Of a DNA stretch of 64,000 bases, positions 1-13,049 are shown in pieces; the first letter of the stretch is position 1; each line of letters begins with the position of its first letter. The stretch lies in the NCBI RefSeq assembly GCF_056746865.1, contig NZ_CM163382.1; one strand, 5' to 3'. The position numbers were made by a program, and so were the translations under genes. A model generated the notes under the pieces. It did not search any database. It was not told the origin of the DNA and worked only from the letters and a program-made list of their open reading frames with translations.

Positions 1-702
1 TTCGCGCAGCGCGCCCGCCATTTCGTACTCGGACTGATCATATTTCAGCGGCGTGGCCCCCATCAGCGTGATGATCGGATCGTTACCGAGCGTGATCGCA
101 ATCGGCAGATCTTCACCGCGCTCTTCCGCTTTATGCAGATGCAGGGCAATATCGTGCATCGGCACCGGTTGCAGGCCGAGCTTACGTTTGCCTTTCACTT
201 CCATACGATAGATACCGACGTTCTGCTTGCCGAAGTTATCCGGGTCGAGCGGATCGCGGGAAACTACGCACGCTTTGTCGAGATAGAAACCGCCATCACC
301 GTCGTTTAAACGAAACAGTGGCAGAATATCGAACAGGTTAATCTCGTCGCCATCGACGGTGTTCTGCGCCCAGGCTGGATTGGCGCGGCGCTCCGGGGCA
401 ATGGGGAAGTTATCCCAGCGGCGGATAAACTCATCAATCTGTTTTTTAACCGGGGTGTTTGGCGGCAGGCCGAGGGAAATCGCGTGGTTCTGCCAGGAAC
501 CGATGGTGTTCATTGCCACGCGGGCATCGATAAAGCCGCGAATATTATCAAACCAAAGCGCGGGCGCGCCGTCGCCGATACGCCCGGTGGCGTTGGCTGC
601 GGCTGCCAGATCCGGTTCCGCGTTCACCTCTTCGCTGATTTTCAGTAACTGGCCGTGGTCATCAAGCGCCTGTAAAAAGCTGCGTAAATCATCAAATGCC
701 AT
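1..702 (-). CDS. ecdC: UbiD-family (de)carboxylase; only the N-terminal 234 codons are in the window and the gene runs off the left edge
   Basis: Minus-strand frame is open from the ATG at 702-700 down to position 1. It begins MAFDDLRSFLQALDDHGQLLKISEEV (UbiD/YclC-like). TAATG overlap with the ecdB stop. Missing from the ORF track because no stop lies in the window. Confidence 0.8.
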   Translation of the reverse strand, partial: MAFDDLRSFLQALDDHGQLLKISEEVNAEPDLAAAANATGRIGDGAPALWFDNIRGFIDARVAMNTIGSWQNHAISLGLPPNTPVKKQIDEFIRRWDNFPIAPERRANPAWAQNTVDGDEINLFDILPLFRLNDGDGGFYLDKACVVSRDPLDPDNFGKQNVGIYRMEVKGKRKLGLQPVPMHDIALHLHKAEERGEDLPIAITLGNDPIITLMGATPLKYDQSEYEMAGALRE

Positions 703-1295
703 TATTCATTCTCCTGAGAAAAATTCCGGGCCTGCGGCAATCCTTGCCAGCGCCTGGCGTGAGGATGTTCGAGGCCAAATTGATCCAGCACGCGGGCTAC
801 CACATGGTGGACAATGTCATCTACCGTTTCGGGATGGTTATAAAAGGCAGGCATCGGCGGCACCATCGCCACACCCATGCGCGAAAGTGCGAGCATATTT
901 TCGAGATGGATTGTGCTAAGCGGCATTTCACGCGGCACCAGCACCAGTTTGCGGCCTTCTTTGAGCACGACGTCCGCCGCGCGCCCTACGAGACCATCGG
1001 CGTAACCAGCGCGGATACCGGCGAGCGTTTTCATACTGCATGGAATAACGATCATGCCGTCGGTACGAAAGGAGCCGGAAGAGATAGTCGCAGCCTGATC
1101 CGCCGGGTTATGGCTGAAGTCTGCGAGGGCGGCAACATCGCGAGCGCTGTAAGGCGTTTCCAGTTCAATGGTGGTTTTCGCCCACTTCGACATCACCAGA
1201 TGAGTCTCGACATTCGGCATCTCCCGCAGCGCTTGCAGTAATGCCACCCCAAGAGGCGCACCGGTAGCCCCTGTCATCCCGACGATCAGTCTCAT
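702..1295 (-). CDS. ecdB: UbiX-like flavin prenyltransferase (Pad1/EcdB)
   Basis: 197-aa ORF starting MRLIVGMTGATGAPLG, with typical UbiX/Pad1 flavoprotein motifs. Translationally coupled to the downstream UbiD-like gene. Confidence 0.9.
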   Translation of the reverse strand: MRLIVGMTGATGAPLGVALLQALREMPNVETHLVMSKWAKTTIELETPYSARDVAALADFSHNPADQAATISSGSFRTDGMIVIPCSMKTLAGIRAGYADGLVGRAADVVLKEGRKLVLVPREMPLSTIHLENMLALSRMGVAMVPPMPAFYNHPETVDDIVHHVVARVLDQFGLEHPHARRWQGLPQARNFSQENE

Positions 1296-1441
1296 TGTTT
1301 ATTCTCTTAATTGTTCGTATACGAACGTTATTATTAAAATACGCCTCTGTTTTCATCGCGGCAAGCACTGAAAAGTAACAACATCTTCTTCGTCACTGAA
1401 AAACCGCTATGATAGCGGCAGATAGTTTGCCCGGAGTTTAC

Positions 1442-1849
1442 ATGGCGTTACGAAATAAAGCGTTCCATCAGTTACGACAGCTTTTTCAGCAGCACACGGC
1501 TCGCTGGCAGCACGAGTTACCTGACCTCACCAAACCACAGTACGCGGTGATGCGCGCCATTGCTGATAAGCCTGGTATTGAACAGGTGGCACTGATAGAA
1601 GCAGCAGTCAGCACCAAAGCAACGCTGGCAGAAATGTTGGCAAGAATGGAAAATCGTGGCTTAGTCAGACGTGAACATGACGCCGCTGACAAGCGGCGAC
1701 GCTTTGTCTGGCTGACTGCCGAAGGAGAAAAGGTACTTGCTGCGGCGATACCGATTGGTGACAGTGTGGATGCGGAATTTTTGGGGCGTTTGAGTGGAGA
1801 AGAGCAGGAGCTGTTTATGCAGCTGGTGCGCAAGATGATGAGCAAATAG
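1442..1849 (+). CDS. MarR/SlyA-family transcriptional regulator
   Basis: Winged-helix MarR pattern (QYAVMRAIADKPGIEQVALIEAAVSTKATLAEMLARMENRGLVRR). I chose the ATG at 1442 (MALRNK), which follows a GGAG RBS, over the longer track start at 1409. Confidence 0.8.
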   Translation: MALRNKAFHQLRQLFQQHTARWQHELPDLTKPQYAVMRAIADKPGIEQVALIEAAVSTKATLAEMLARMENRGLVRREHDAADKRRRFVWLTAEGEKVLAAAIPIGDSVDAEFLGRLSGEEQELFMQLVRKMMSK

Positions 1850-1859
1850 GATGCTGATT

Positions 1860-1892
1860 GCCGGGTAGGACGCTGACGAGTCTTATCCAGGC
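1860..1892. repeat. Degenerate REP-like palindromic element
   Basis: GCCGGGTAGGACGCTGACGAGTCTTATCCAGGC resembles the enterobacterial REP consensus (GCCGGATG...CTTATCCGGCC). Intergenic. Confidence 0.35.
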
Positions 1893-1920
1893 GACAAAAC
1901 ACACCGACTTCCCAAACAAA

Positions 1921-1956
1921 AGAAAAAGGCCAGCCTCGCTTGAGACTGGCCTTTCT
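1921..1956 (-). terminator. Rho-independent terminator downstream of rpoS; the hairpin could also serve the + strand
   Basis: Stem AAAGGCCAG (1925-1933) pairs with CTGGCCTTT (1946-1954), with extra inner pairs. On the minus strand the hairpin is followed by TTTTTCT. Confidence 0.7.
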
Positions 1957-1969
1957 GACAGATGCTTAC

Positions 1970-2962
1970 TTACTCGCGGAACAGCGCTTCGATATTCAGC
2001 CCCTGCGTTTGCAGGATTTCGCGCAAACGGCGCAGGCCTTCAACCTGAATCTGGCGAACACGTTCACGGGTGAGGCCAATTTCACGACCTACATCTTCCA
2101 GTGTTGCCGCTTCGTACCCCAGCAAACCGAATCGACGTGCCAGCACTTCACGCTGTTTGGCGTTCAGCTCGAACAGCCATTTGACGATGCTCTGCTTCAT
2201 ATCGTCATCTTGCGTGGTATCTTCCGGACCGTTCTCTTTTTCATCGGCCAGGATGTCCAGCAACGCTTTTTCGGAATCACCACCCAGCGGGGTGTCTACC
2301 GAGGTAATGCGCTCGTTAAGACGAAGCATACGGCTGACGTCATCAACTGGCTTATCCAGTTGCTCTGCGATCTCTTCCGCACTTGGTTCGTGGTCCAGTT
2401 TATGGGACAACTCGCGTGCGGTTCGCAGGTAAACGTTCAGCTCCTTTACGATGTGAATCGGCAAACGAATAGTACGGGTTTGGTTCATAATCGCCCGTTC
2501 GATCGTCTGGCGGATCCACCAGGTTGCGTATGTTGAGAAGCGGAAACCACGTTCCGGGTCAAACTTCTCTACCGCGCGGATCAGCCCCAGGTTGCCCTCT
2601 TCGATCAGGTCCAACAGCGCCAGACCACGATTGCCATAACGGCGGGCAATCTTCACGACCAGACGCAGGTTACTTTCAATCATCCGGCGACGTGAAGCGA
2701 CATCTCCACGCAGTGCGCGACGCGCGAAATAAACTTCTTCTTCGGCCGTTAACAGTGGCGAATAACCAATCTCACCAAGGTAAAGCTGAGTCGCGTCCAA
2801 CACACGCTGTGTGGCCCCTTGCGATAACAGCTCCTCTTCAGCCAAATCGTTATCACTGGGTTCCTCTTCAACTAAGGCTTTCTCGTCAAAAACCTCAACT
2901 CCGTTCTCATCAAATTCCGCGTCTTCATTTAAATCATGAACTTTCAGCGTATTCTGACTCAT
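1970..2962 (-). CDS. rpoS: RNA polymerase sigma factor RpoS (sigma-38), full length, 330 aa
   Basis: [67 protein letters not shown]... through ...NIEALFRE. Codon 33 is Glu. No premature stop. Confidence 0.98.
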   Translation of the reverse strand: MSQNTLKVHDLNEDAEFDENGVEVFDEKALVEEEPSDNDLAEEELLSQGATQRVLDATQLYLGEIGYSPLLTAEEEVYFARRALRGDVASRRRMIESNLRLVVKIARRYGNRGLALLDLIEEGNLGLIRAVEKFDPERGFRFSTYATWWIRQTIERAIMNQTRTIRLPIHIVKELNVYLRTARELSHKLDHEPSAEEIAEQLDKPVDDVSRMLRLNERITSVDTPLGGDSEKALLDILADEKENGPEDTTQDDDMKQSIVKWLFELNAKQREVLARRFGLLGYEAATLEDVGREIGLTRERVRQIQVEGLRRLREILQTQGLNIEALFRE

Positions 2963-3024
2963 AAGGTGGCTCCTACCCGTGATCCCTTGACGGAACTAGC
3001 AAGCAAAAGCCTGGTTCCGCCGAA

Positions 3025-4164
3025 TTATCGCTGCGGTAAATAACGCAGCGGGTTTACGGATTTCCCCTTGTAACGAATTTCAAAATGCAAGCGTGTTGAA
3101 CTGGTTCCGGTGCTACCCATGGTTGCTATTTTTTGCCCCGCCTTCACTTCTTGTTGTTCCCGGACCAGCATTGTGTCGTTATGGGCGTAGGCACTCAGGT
3201 AATCATCATTATGTTTGATGATAATCAGATTACCGTAGCCGCGCAGCGCGTTACCGGCATAAACAACGCGGCCATCTGCGGTCGCGATAATTGCCTGTCC
3301 TTTGCTGCCTGCGATATCAATCCCCTTGTTGCCCCCCTCAGAAGCGCCAAAGGTTTCGATCACTTTGCCCTCAGTCGGCCAGCGCCAGGTGGAGATAGGC
3401 GTACTGGTTGATGTACTGCTGACAGTCGGCTCGGTTGTGCTTGCTGTTGGTACCGTTACAGGCGCTGTGACCGTGGTCGCAGTTGGCTTGTTGTTCGGCA
3501 ACATTTTGTTAGCACTCTGTTCACCCGAAGACTCAGAATACGTAATTGTCGGTTGCGACGCAACAGCAACGGTGGAATTTTGTGCAGGCTTGATCACAAC
3601 TCCTTGCTCTGCTGCGTCGGCCTGGGTAATGGCATTTCCGCCAGTGATTGGCGTACCGGAAGCATTACCCACCTGTAAGGTCTGACCGACGTTCAGCGCG
3701 TATGGTGCCTGAATATTGTTGCGCTGAGCAAGGTCACGGAAATCGTTGCCAGTAATCCAGGCGATATAGAAAAGTGTGTCGCCTTTTTTCACGGTATAGG
3801 TACTGCCGCTATAACTGCCTTTCGGAATGTTCCCATACTGACGGTTATAGACGATGCGTCCGTTTTCCATCTGTACCGGCTGCTGAGCTACTGGCTGTAC
3901 TGGCTGGATTTGCGGTTGTTGAGTAGCCTGAATTTGTGGCTGCTGTACCGGCTGAATTTGCGGTTGCTGCGCTGTAGACGTCGTTCCCATTTTCGGCGGT
4001 GGCGTAATCAACATACCAGAATTGGTATTTGCAGGCGCATTGCCATTAACGGAGCTTACCGGTGCCGGTGGATTTGAAGTGTCAGAACAGCCTGCCAGCC
4101 ATAGCGAAACCAGTGACAAAGCCGCAATGCGGCGAACGGTGAATTTTGGGCTTCCCGCGCTCAT
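3025..4164 (-). CDS. nlpD: Murein hydrolase activator lipoprotein NlpD (LysM + M23 domains)
   Basis: 379 aa with lipobox LAGCS, a Q/P-rich repeat region, a LysM segment ([14 protein letters not shown]) and a C-terminal M23-like domain. Confidence 0.95.
   Translation of the reverse strand: MSAGSPKFTVRRIAALSLVSLWLAGCSDTSNPPAPVSSVNGNAPANTNSGMLITPPPKMGTTSTAQQPQIQPVQQPQIQATQQPQIQPVQPVAQQPVQMENGRIVYNRQYGNIPKGSYSGSTYTVKKGDTLFYIAWITGNDFRDLAQRNNIQAPYALNVGQTLQVGNASGTPITGGNAITQADAAEQGVVIKPAQNSTVAVASQPTITYSESSGEQSANKMLPNNKPTATTVTAPVTVPTASTTEPTVSSTSTSTPISTWRWPTEGKVIETFGASEGGNKGIDIAGSKGQAIIATADGRVVYAGNALRGYGNLIIIKHNDDYLSAYAHNDTMLVREQQEVKAGQKIATMGSTGTSSTRLHFEIRYKGKSVNPLRYLPQR
3535..3563 (-). promoter_or_regulatory. 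Main rpoS promoter inside nlpD (-35 TTGCGT, 17-nt spacer, -10 TATTCT)
   Basis: On the minus strand, TTGCGT lies at 3563-3558 and TATTCT at 3540-3535. The predicted TSS near 3528 gives a leader of about 566 nt, which matches the long rpoS 5' UTR as I remember it. Confidence 0.55.
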
Positions 4165-4303
4165 TTATCCCCCAGGAAAAATTGGTTAATAACCAGTGAC
4201 ATAATTACCGTGCAAGGCACCATACTGAACACTGGAAAAGATGTTCACGATACGCTGACCTGCGGCAAAATAACCAGGAAAAATCCAGGTATTTCCTCAC
4301 GTT

Positions 4304-5665
<1,362 letters not shown>

Positions 5666-5685
<20 letters not shown>

Positions 5686-6715
5686 AATCACCTGTTGTGT
5701 TGATAAGTTCCCTGACAACGCTGGTTGCAAAACTACCCGCCGGAAGCCAGAAACGGATTTCTACGGTGACGTCATCCCACCAGTTCCAGCTTAATTGTTG
5801 CGGATACAGCAGCATCGCTCTGCGCGCGGCTTCAACTTTTTCGCGCACCAGTAAGGCTTGTAATTCAGTTTCTGCGGCGACAGCTGCTTGTTCGAATGCC
5901 AACGCTTCACGCTGAGTTCCCCATTCGCCACTGCCCGGCAATGCGGCGGTTATCATCAGCTCTTTATCGTTGACGCGACGCTGTAATTCCGCCAGTTCTT
6001 CGGTGGTTGCGACAAACCAGCTACCACGTCCGGCTAATTGTAGCGCATCGCCGTCAACAACTTGATTAACGTCTGCTTTTTTGAGGCGCTCAGCAACAAT
6101 CTGATTAAACAACGCACTGCGGGCTGCCGACAACCAAAAACTCCGTTTATTGCGATCGCGCACCGGAGTATTGGTTTGCGCCCAGCGCAGCGCGCCCTGC
6201 AAGTTGCTACCGCCAATCCCGAAACGTTGGGCACCGAAGTAGTTCGGTACACCTTTTACGCAAATATCGATCAGACGTTGTTCAACGTCATCGCGATTGC
6301 TCACTTCGCGCAGAACCAGGGTAAAGGCGTTACCTTTCAGCGCCCCTAAACGCAGCTTGCGCTTGTGCCGCACATACTCCAGCACCTGGCAGCCTTCCAG
6401 TTGAAAGGCGCTCAGATCGGGCATTTCCTTGCCCGGCACGCGAGCACATAACCACTGTTCCGTTACAGCATGTTTGTCTTTTTGCCCAGCGAAGCTGACT
6501 TCACGGGCATGAATTTTCAGGAATTTCGCCAGTGCATCCGCCACAAAACGGGTATTGCAGCCGTTTTTGAGGATTCTAACCAGAATATGCTCACCTTCAC
6601 CATCAGGCTCAAAGCCCAAATCTTCCACCACCACAAAGTCTTCCGGATTGGCTTTCAGCAACCCGGTGCCTTGCGGTTTACCGTGGAGGTAAGTGAGATT
6701 ATCAAACTCAATCAT
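5666..6715 (-). CDS. truD: tRNA pseudouridine(13) synthase TruD
   Basis: 349 aa starting [35 protein letters not shown]. Conserved operon position. Confidence 0.95.
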
Positions 6716-7191
6716 TTTGTTGCCTTAATGAGTAGCGCCACCGCTTCACAGGCAATCCCTTCCCCACGTCCGGTAAATCCAAGTTTTTCCGTAGTAGTGG
6801 CTTTCACGTTAACATCATCCATATGGCAGCCGAGATCTTCGGCAATAAACACGCGCATTTGTGGTATGTGCGGCAACATCTTCGGTGCCTGAGCGATGAT
6901 AGTGACATCGACGTTGCCCAGCGTATAACCCTTCGCCTGAATACGACGCCAGGCTTCGCGTAGCAGCTCGCGGCTGTCGGCACCTTTAAATGCCGGATCG
7001 GTATCCGGGAACAGCTTGCCGATATCCCCCAGCGCCGCCGCGCCAAGCAATGCATCGGTCAACGCATGGAGCGCCACGTCGCCATCAGAATGCGCCAGCA
7101 ATCCTTTTTCGTAAGGAATGCGTACGCCACCAATGATAATTGGGCCTTCACCGCCAAAGGCGTGTACGTCAAAACCGTGTCCAATTCGCAT
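6712..7191 (-). CDS. ispF: 2-C-methyl-D-erythritol 2,4-cyclodiphosphate synthase
   Basis: 159 aa starting [39 protein letters not shown]. Confidence 0.95.
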
Positions 7192-7901
7192 TATGTATTC
7201 TCCTGATGGATGGTTCGGGTGAGGTAAAACTCGGCCAGTGCCAAATCTTCCGGGCGCGTGACTTTAATGTTATCCGCGCGGCCTTCGACCAACTGCGGAT
7301 GAAATCCGCAATATTCCAGCGCCGAGGCTTCGTCGGTAATGGTAGCGCCTTCATTTAGAGCGCGCGTCAGGCAGTCATGTAACAGCTCACGAGGGAAAAA
7401 TTGCGGCGTCAGCGCGTGCCATAAGCCGTTGCGATCAACGGTATGAGCAATAGCATTTTTGCCCGGTTCGGCACGTTTCATCGTATCGCGCACTGGTGCG
7501 GCGAGGATCCCCCCCGTGCGGCTGGTTTCGCTCAACGTCAACAATCGCGCGAGGTCATCCTGATGCAGACAAGGACGAGCGGCGTCATGCACCAATACCC
7601 ACTGCGCGTCGCCAGCGGCTTTCAGACCTGCCAGCACCGAATCGGCACGCTCATCACCGCCATCTACAACGGTGATTTGCGGATGATTCGCCAGAGGAAG
7701 TTGTGCAAAACGGCTATCGCCAGGACTTATGGCAATGACGACACGTTTCACCCGGGGATGCGCCAGCAGCGCATGCACCGAGTGTTCAAGAATGGTTTGA
7801 TTACCGATTGAGAGATATTGCTTAGGACATTCCGTTTGCATTCGACGGCCAAATCCGGCCGCCGGAACCACGGCGCAAACATCCAAATGAGTGGTTGCCA
7901 T
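7191..7901 (-). CDS. ispD: 2-C-methyl-D-erythritol 4-phosphate cytidylyltransferase
   Basis: 236 aa with the motif [20 protein letters not shown]. Coupled to ispF. Confidence 0.95.
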
Positions 7902-7919
7902 GTTAATTCCCGGGCTGAT

Positions 7920-8231
7920 TTATCGATTGTTTTGCCCCGCAGACTGTGCGCGCTTCGACGCGTCAGGCACCAGACGATAAAAAGTTTCGCCCGGCCTGGT
8001 CATGCTGAGTTCATTACGCGCACGCTCTTCGAGCGCCTCCTGGCCGCCATTGAGATCGTCAATTTCGGCAAAAAGTTGATCGTTTCGCGCTTTAAGTTTC
8101 GCGTTTGTAGCTTGCTGTGCCGCCACATCATCATTGACGCGGGTATAGTCATGTATACCGTTCTTACCGAACCACAGCGAATACTGTAGCCAGACCAGAA
8201 TAGCCAGCAACAGCAGCGTTAGTTTACCCAT
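7920..8231 (-). CDS. ftsB: Cell division protein FtsB
   Basis: 103 aa: N-terminal TM segment ([18 protein letters not shown]) followed by a coiled coil. Confidence 0.92.
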
Positions 8232-8424
8232 CCTGCCCCCTGAAAAACGGCATCATCATCCCATGCATCCGAAGACGACTCTACATCCTCTGTTGGGGAT
8301 ACCGCGACAACGCGGGCAAATGTACCACATTTGTCCATTGTTACGTATACCCAGGGCGTGCAGAACATAATCTCATTATTAGTTACGGTTTGAATTATGA
8401 ACAGAGGAGACAAGAAAGTACAAA

Positions 8425-8748
8425 TTAGCCCAGTAGCCACATAAACAGTGCGCCAAACATAATGCCTACTGTCATCAGGGTGAAAACAATACTGTAGCGT
8501 AGCTTTCCGTCCATCAATGAATGCAGCGCAATCCCCACCACTACTGCGACAGGCATCAGTGCCAGAAAGAAAGGCCAGGTGTAGATAAAGAAGAACAGCG
8601 TGTTAGAGCCATAAATCAACATCGGCATCGCCAGCGCAAATAACCAGGAGATAAAACCGACCACGGCACCAGGCAGTGACCATGTGGTTTCTTCATCCTC
8701 AGTAAGGCTGTCGTTATTTGTTAGTGTAATGTTATGGCTATTACGCAT
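8425..8748 (-). CDS. ygbE: Inner membrane protein YgbE (DUF3561)
   Basis: 107 aa, multi-TM hydrophobic protein in the conserved position between ftsB and cysC. Confidence 0.8.
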   Translation of the reverse strand: MRNSHNITLTNNDSLTEDEETTWSLPGAVVGFISWLFALAMPMLIYGSNTLFFFIYTWPFFLALMPVAVVVGIALHSLMDGKLRYSIVFTLMTVGIMFGALFMWLLG

Positions 8749-8797
8749 ATTTGATCCTGTTACTTTGACGAACCGGGCATGGAAACCCGGTGGTGTC

Positions 8798-9403
8798 TCA
8801 GGATCTGATAATATCGTTCTGTCTCAACAGATCTAATAATTGCTGTACCAAATTTGTTACTAATTGTTCACCATTGAGATGAATTTCTGCCGATTCAGGC
8901 GCTTCGTAAACGGAATCTATTCCCGTAAAGTTGCGCAGTTCACCGGCACGCGCTTTCTTATATAAGCCTTTTGGATCGCGGGCTTCGCAAATCGCCAGCG
9001 GCGTATCGACAAATACTTCGATAAAGCGCCCTTCTCCTACGCGTTCACGAACCATCTGGCGTTCGGCGCGGTGTGGCGAGATGAATGCGGTCAGCACCAC
9101 CAGTCCGGCTTCAACCATCAAATTCGCCACTTCACCGACGCGACGGATATTCTCTTTACGATCGGCATCGCTAAAACCGAGATCGCTGCATAATCCGTGG
9201 CGAACATTGTCGCCATCCAGCAGATACGTACTGACGCCGAGTTTATGTAACGCCTCCTCCAGCGCCCCGGCGACCGTTGATTTACCGGACCCGGAGAGGC
9301 CGGTAAACCACAGCACTACACCACGATGACCGTGGTGTAGCTCGCGTTGTTGTACAGTGACTGGATGGCTATGCCAGACGACGTTTTCGTCATGCAGCGC
9401 CAT
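8798..9403 (-). CDS. cysC: Adenylylsulfate kinase
   Basis: 201 aa with P-loop GLSGSGKST. Overlaps the cysN stop. Confidence 0.95.
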
Positions 9404-10830
9404 TATTTATCCCCCAGCAAATCGCGTGCGCCCCAGTGCGGAAAGTGGCGACGAACCAGGGCATTCAATTCCAGTTCAAATGCACTGAATTCAGATGGCG
9501 CAGCAGTTGCCTGGCTAACTGGCTCGTGCACCATACCGGCACCCACGGTCACATTGCTCAGGCGATCGATAAAAATCAGCCCACCGGTAACCGGATTTTG
9601 CTGATAACGATCTAACACCAGTGGCTCGTCAAAAGTGAGATCCACCAGGCCGATGCCGTTCAGCGGCAGGTTTTCAACTTCGCGTTGGGTAAGGTTATTA
9701 ATATCAACCTGATAACGAATACCATCAACACGAGCACGCGTCTTCTTACCGGCAATTTTGATGTCATAACTCTGGCCCGCGGAAAGCGGCTGTTCCGCCA
9801 TCCATACCACATCCACCGACGCGCTCTGCACAGCCGGTAACGCTTCGTCTGCCGCCAGCAGCAGATCGCCACGGCTGATGTCGATCTCATCCGTCAGCAC
9901 TAGGGTGATCGCTTCTCCGGCAAAGGCTTCTTCGCGATCGCCATCAAAAGTCACGATCCGCGCGACGTTTGATTCCACACCAGAGGGCAGCACTTTGACA
10001 CGTTGCCCGACTTCCACTCGACCGGATGCCAGCGTTCCGGCGTAGCCACGAAAATCGAGATTCGGGCGATTAACGTACTGCACCGGGAAGCGCATTGGCT
10101 GGGCATCCACCACTCGCTGGATCTCCACGGTTTCCAGCACTTCGAGCAGTGTCGGACCGCTGTACCACGGCATACTTTCACTTTGCGAAGCCACGTTGTC
10201 GCCTTCCAGTGCAGAGAGCGGCACAAAGCGGATATCCAGATTACCCGGCAGCTGCCCGGCAAACGTCAGATAATCTTCGCGAATACGGGTGAACGTCTCT
10301 TCACTGTAACCCACCAGATCCATTTTGTTGATCGCCACGACCAGATGTTTGATCCCCAACAGTGTGGAGATAAAACTGTGACGACGGGTTTGATCGAGCA
10401 CGCCTTTACGGGCATCGATCAGTAAGATCGCCAGTTCACATGTCGATGCGCCAGTCGCCATATTGCGAGTGTACTGCTCGTGCCCTGGGGTATCGGCGAT
10501 AATAAATTTACGCTTCTCGGTAGAGAAATAACGGTAAGCCACGTCAATGGTGATGCCCTGTTCGCGCTCAGCTTGCAGGCCGTCCACCAGCAGAGCCAGA
10601 TCCAGCTTTTCGCCCTGGGTGCCGTGACGCTTACTGTCGTTATGCAGCGATGAGAGCTGATCTTCGTAGATTTGGCGGGTATCGTGCAGCAGACGACCAA
10701 TCAGGGTACTTTTTCCGTCATCGACGCTACCACAAGTCAGAAAACGCAGCAGGCTTTTATGTTGTTGCGCAATCATCCAGGCTTCGACGCCGCCTTCATT
10801 GGCGATTTGTTGTGCAAGTGCGGTGTTCAT
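9403..10830 (-). CDS. cysN: Sulfate adenylyltransferase subunit 1 (GTPase)
   Basis: 475 aa with GTPase motifs GSVDDGKST and DTPGH. Confidence 0.95.
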
Positions 10831-10831
10831 C

Positions 10832-11740
10832 TTAAAAATACCCCTGACGTTTTTTCAACTCCATGGATCCCGCCTGGTCGCGGTCAATCACGCGACCCTG
10901 ACGTTCACTGGTGGTGGAAACCAGCATCTCTTCGATGATTTCCGGCAGTGTTTGTGCATTTGACTCCACCGCACCGGTCAGCGGCCAGCAGCCCAGCGTA
11001 CGGAAACGCACCATCCGTTTTTTAATCACTTCTCCCGGTTGCAGGTCGATACGGTTGTCATCAATCATCATCAACATACCGTCGCGTTCCAGAACCGGTC
11101 GTTCCGCAGCGAGATACAGTGGAACAATGTCAATATTTTCCAGCCAGATGTATTGCCAGATATCCTGCTCGGTCCAGTTAGAGAGCGGGAAGACGCGGAT
11201 GCTTTCGCCTTTGTTAATTTGCCCGTTGTAGTTGTGCCACAGCTCCGGGCGCTGATTTTTCGGATCCCAGCGATGGAAGCGGTCACGGAAAGAGTAGATT
11301 CGCTCTTTAGCGCGGGATTTCTCTTCGTCGCGGCGCGCACCACCGAAGGCGGCATCAAAACCGTATTTGTTCAGCGCCTGTTTCAGGCCTTCAGTTTTCA
11401 TAATATCGGTATGTTTCGCGCTGCCATGAACGAATGGATTAATCCCCATCGCTACGCCTTCCGGGTTTTTATGCACCAGCAGCTCGCAGCCGTAGGCTTT
11501 AGCCGTACGATCGCGGAACTCATACATCTCGCGGAATTTCCAGCCGGTATCGACATGCAGCAACGGGAAAGGCAGCGTACCTGGATAAAACGCCTTGCGC
11601 GCCAGATGCAGCATGACGCTGGAATCTTTACCGATAGAGTAGAGCATCACCGGATTTGAGAATTCTGCCGCCACCTCGCGAATAATGTGGATGCTTTCCG
11701 CCTCCAGTTGCCGCAGGTGAGTAAGTCGTTTTTGATCCAT
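10832..11740 (-). CDS. cysD: Sulfate adenylyltransferase subunit 2
   Basis: 302 aa, PAPS-reductase-like fold ([12 protein letters not shown]). First gene of cysDNC. Confidence 0.95.
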   Translation of the reverse strand: MDQKRLTHLRQLEAESIHIIREVAAEFSNPVMLYSIGKDSSVMLHLARKAFYPGTLPFPLLHVDTGWKFREMYEFRDRTAKAYGCELLVHKNPEGVAMGINPFVHGSAKHTDIMKTEGLKQALNKYGFDAAFGGARRDEEKSRAKERIYSFRDRFHRWDPKNQRPELWHNYNGQINKGESIRVFPLSNWTEQDIWQYIWLENIDIVPLYLAAERPVLERDGMLMMIDDNRIDLQPGEVIKKRMVRFRTLGCWPLTGAVESNAQTLPEIIEEMLVSTTSERQGRVIDRDQAGSMELKKRQGYF

Positions 11741-11991
11741 AACCGTTCCTTTGCAATACCGCTATTTTCTTGCCATCAGATGTTTCGACTATAGGGAGCG
11801 CAGGAGAACGAATGAAATTACCAATTAGAATGAGTAGTTCCTTAACGGAATAACGATTTGGCAAAGCTAATATCAAAAAGTGCTTAAGGCACCGGATTTC
11901 GGGCGTTTAGGAAGATTTGAAATTGTTTTAGCGCATCGGCAGTTTCATACTATGGCGGTAAAAAAATTTGCATGGTATTTAAGGACTCACT

Positions 11992-13029
11992 ATGTTTTCC
12001 GCATTGCGCCACCGTACCGCTGCCCTGGCGCTCGGCGTATGCTTTATTCTCCCCGTACACGCCTCGTCATCTAAACCTGGCGATTTTGCTAATACTCAGG
12101 CACGACATATTGCTACTTTCTTTCCGGGACGCATGACCGGAACTCCAGCAGAAATGTTATCTGCCGATTATATTCGCCAACAGTTTCAGCAAATGGGTTA
12201 TCGCAGTGATATTCGGACATTTAATAGTCGGTATATTTATACCGCCCGCGATAATCGCAAGAGCTGGCATAACGTGACGGGAAGTACGGTGATTGCCGCT
12301 CATGAAGGCAAAGCGCCGCAGCAGATCATCATTATGGCGCATCTGGATACTTACGCCCCGCTGAGCGATGCTGACGCCGATGCCAATCTCGGCGGGCTGA
12401 CGTTACAAGGAATGGATGATAACGCCGCAGGTTTAGGTGTCATGCTGGAATTGGCAGAACGCCTGAAAAATACGCCTACCGAGTATGGTATTCGATTTGT
12501 GGCGACCAGTGGTGAAGAGGAAGGGAAATTAGGTGCTGAGAATTTACTCAAGCGGATGAGTGACACCGAAAAGAAAAATACGCTGCTGGTGATTAATCTC
12601 GATAACTTAATTGTTGGCGATAAATTGTATTTCAACAGCGGCGTAAAAACCCCTGAAGCAGTAAGGAAATTAACGCGCGACAGGGCGCTGGCAATTGCGC
12701 GTAGTCATGGAATTGCCGCAACGACCAATCCGGGTTTGAATAAAAATTATCCGAAGGGTACTGGCTGTTGTAATGACGCCGAAGTTTTCGACAAAGCCGG
12801 TATTGCCGTACTTTCGGTAGAAGCAACAAATTGGAATCTTGGGAATAAGGATGGTTATCAGCAACGCGCAAAAACAGCTGCATTCCCTGCGGGAAATAGC
12901 TGGCATGACGTAAGACTGGATAATCAACAACATATTGATAAGGCACTTCCAGGAAGAATAGAACGTCGCTGCCGTGATGTTATGCGGATAATGCTACCGC
13001 TGGTGAAGGAGCTGGCGAAGGCGTCTTGA
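11992..13029 (+). CDS. iap: Alkaline phosphatase isozyme conversion aminopeptidase (M28 family)
   Basis: 345 aa with a signal peptide and an M28 peptidase core (MAHLDTY...DDNAAG...GEEEG). Classic neighbour of the E. coli CRISPR-1 array. Confidence 0.9.
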   Translation: MFSALRHRTAALALGVCFILPVHASSSKPGDFANTQARHIATFFPGRMTGTPAEMLSADYIRQQFQQMGYRSDIRTFNSRYIYTARDNRKSWHNVTGSTVIAAHEGKAPQQIIIMAHLDTYAPLSDADADANLGGLTLQGMDDNAAGLGVMLELAERLKNTPTEYGIRFVATSGEEEGKLGAENLLKRMSDTEKKNTLLVINLDNLIVGDKLYFNSGVKTPEAVRKLTRDRALAIARSHGIAATTNPGLNKNYPKGTGCCNDAEVFDKAGIAVLSVEATNWNLGNKDGYQQRAKTAAFPAGNSWHDVRLDNQQHIDKALPGRIERRCRDVMRIMLPLVKELAKAS

Positions 13030-13049
13030 TGGGTTTGAAAATAGGAGCT

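Noticed and set aside
359-1241. + strand ORFs of 186 and 181 aa at the left edge
   Set aside because: They lie antisense to the clearly recognisable ecdC and ecdB genes, and their translations are Arg/His/Ala-rich with no motif.
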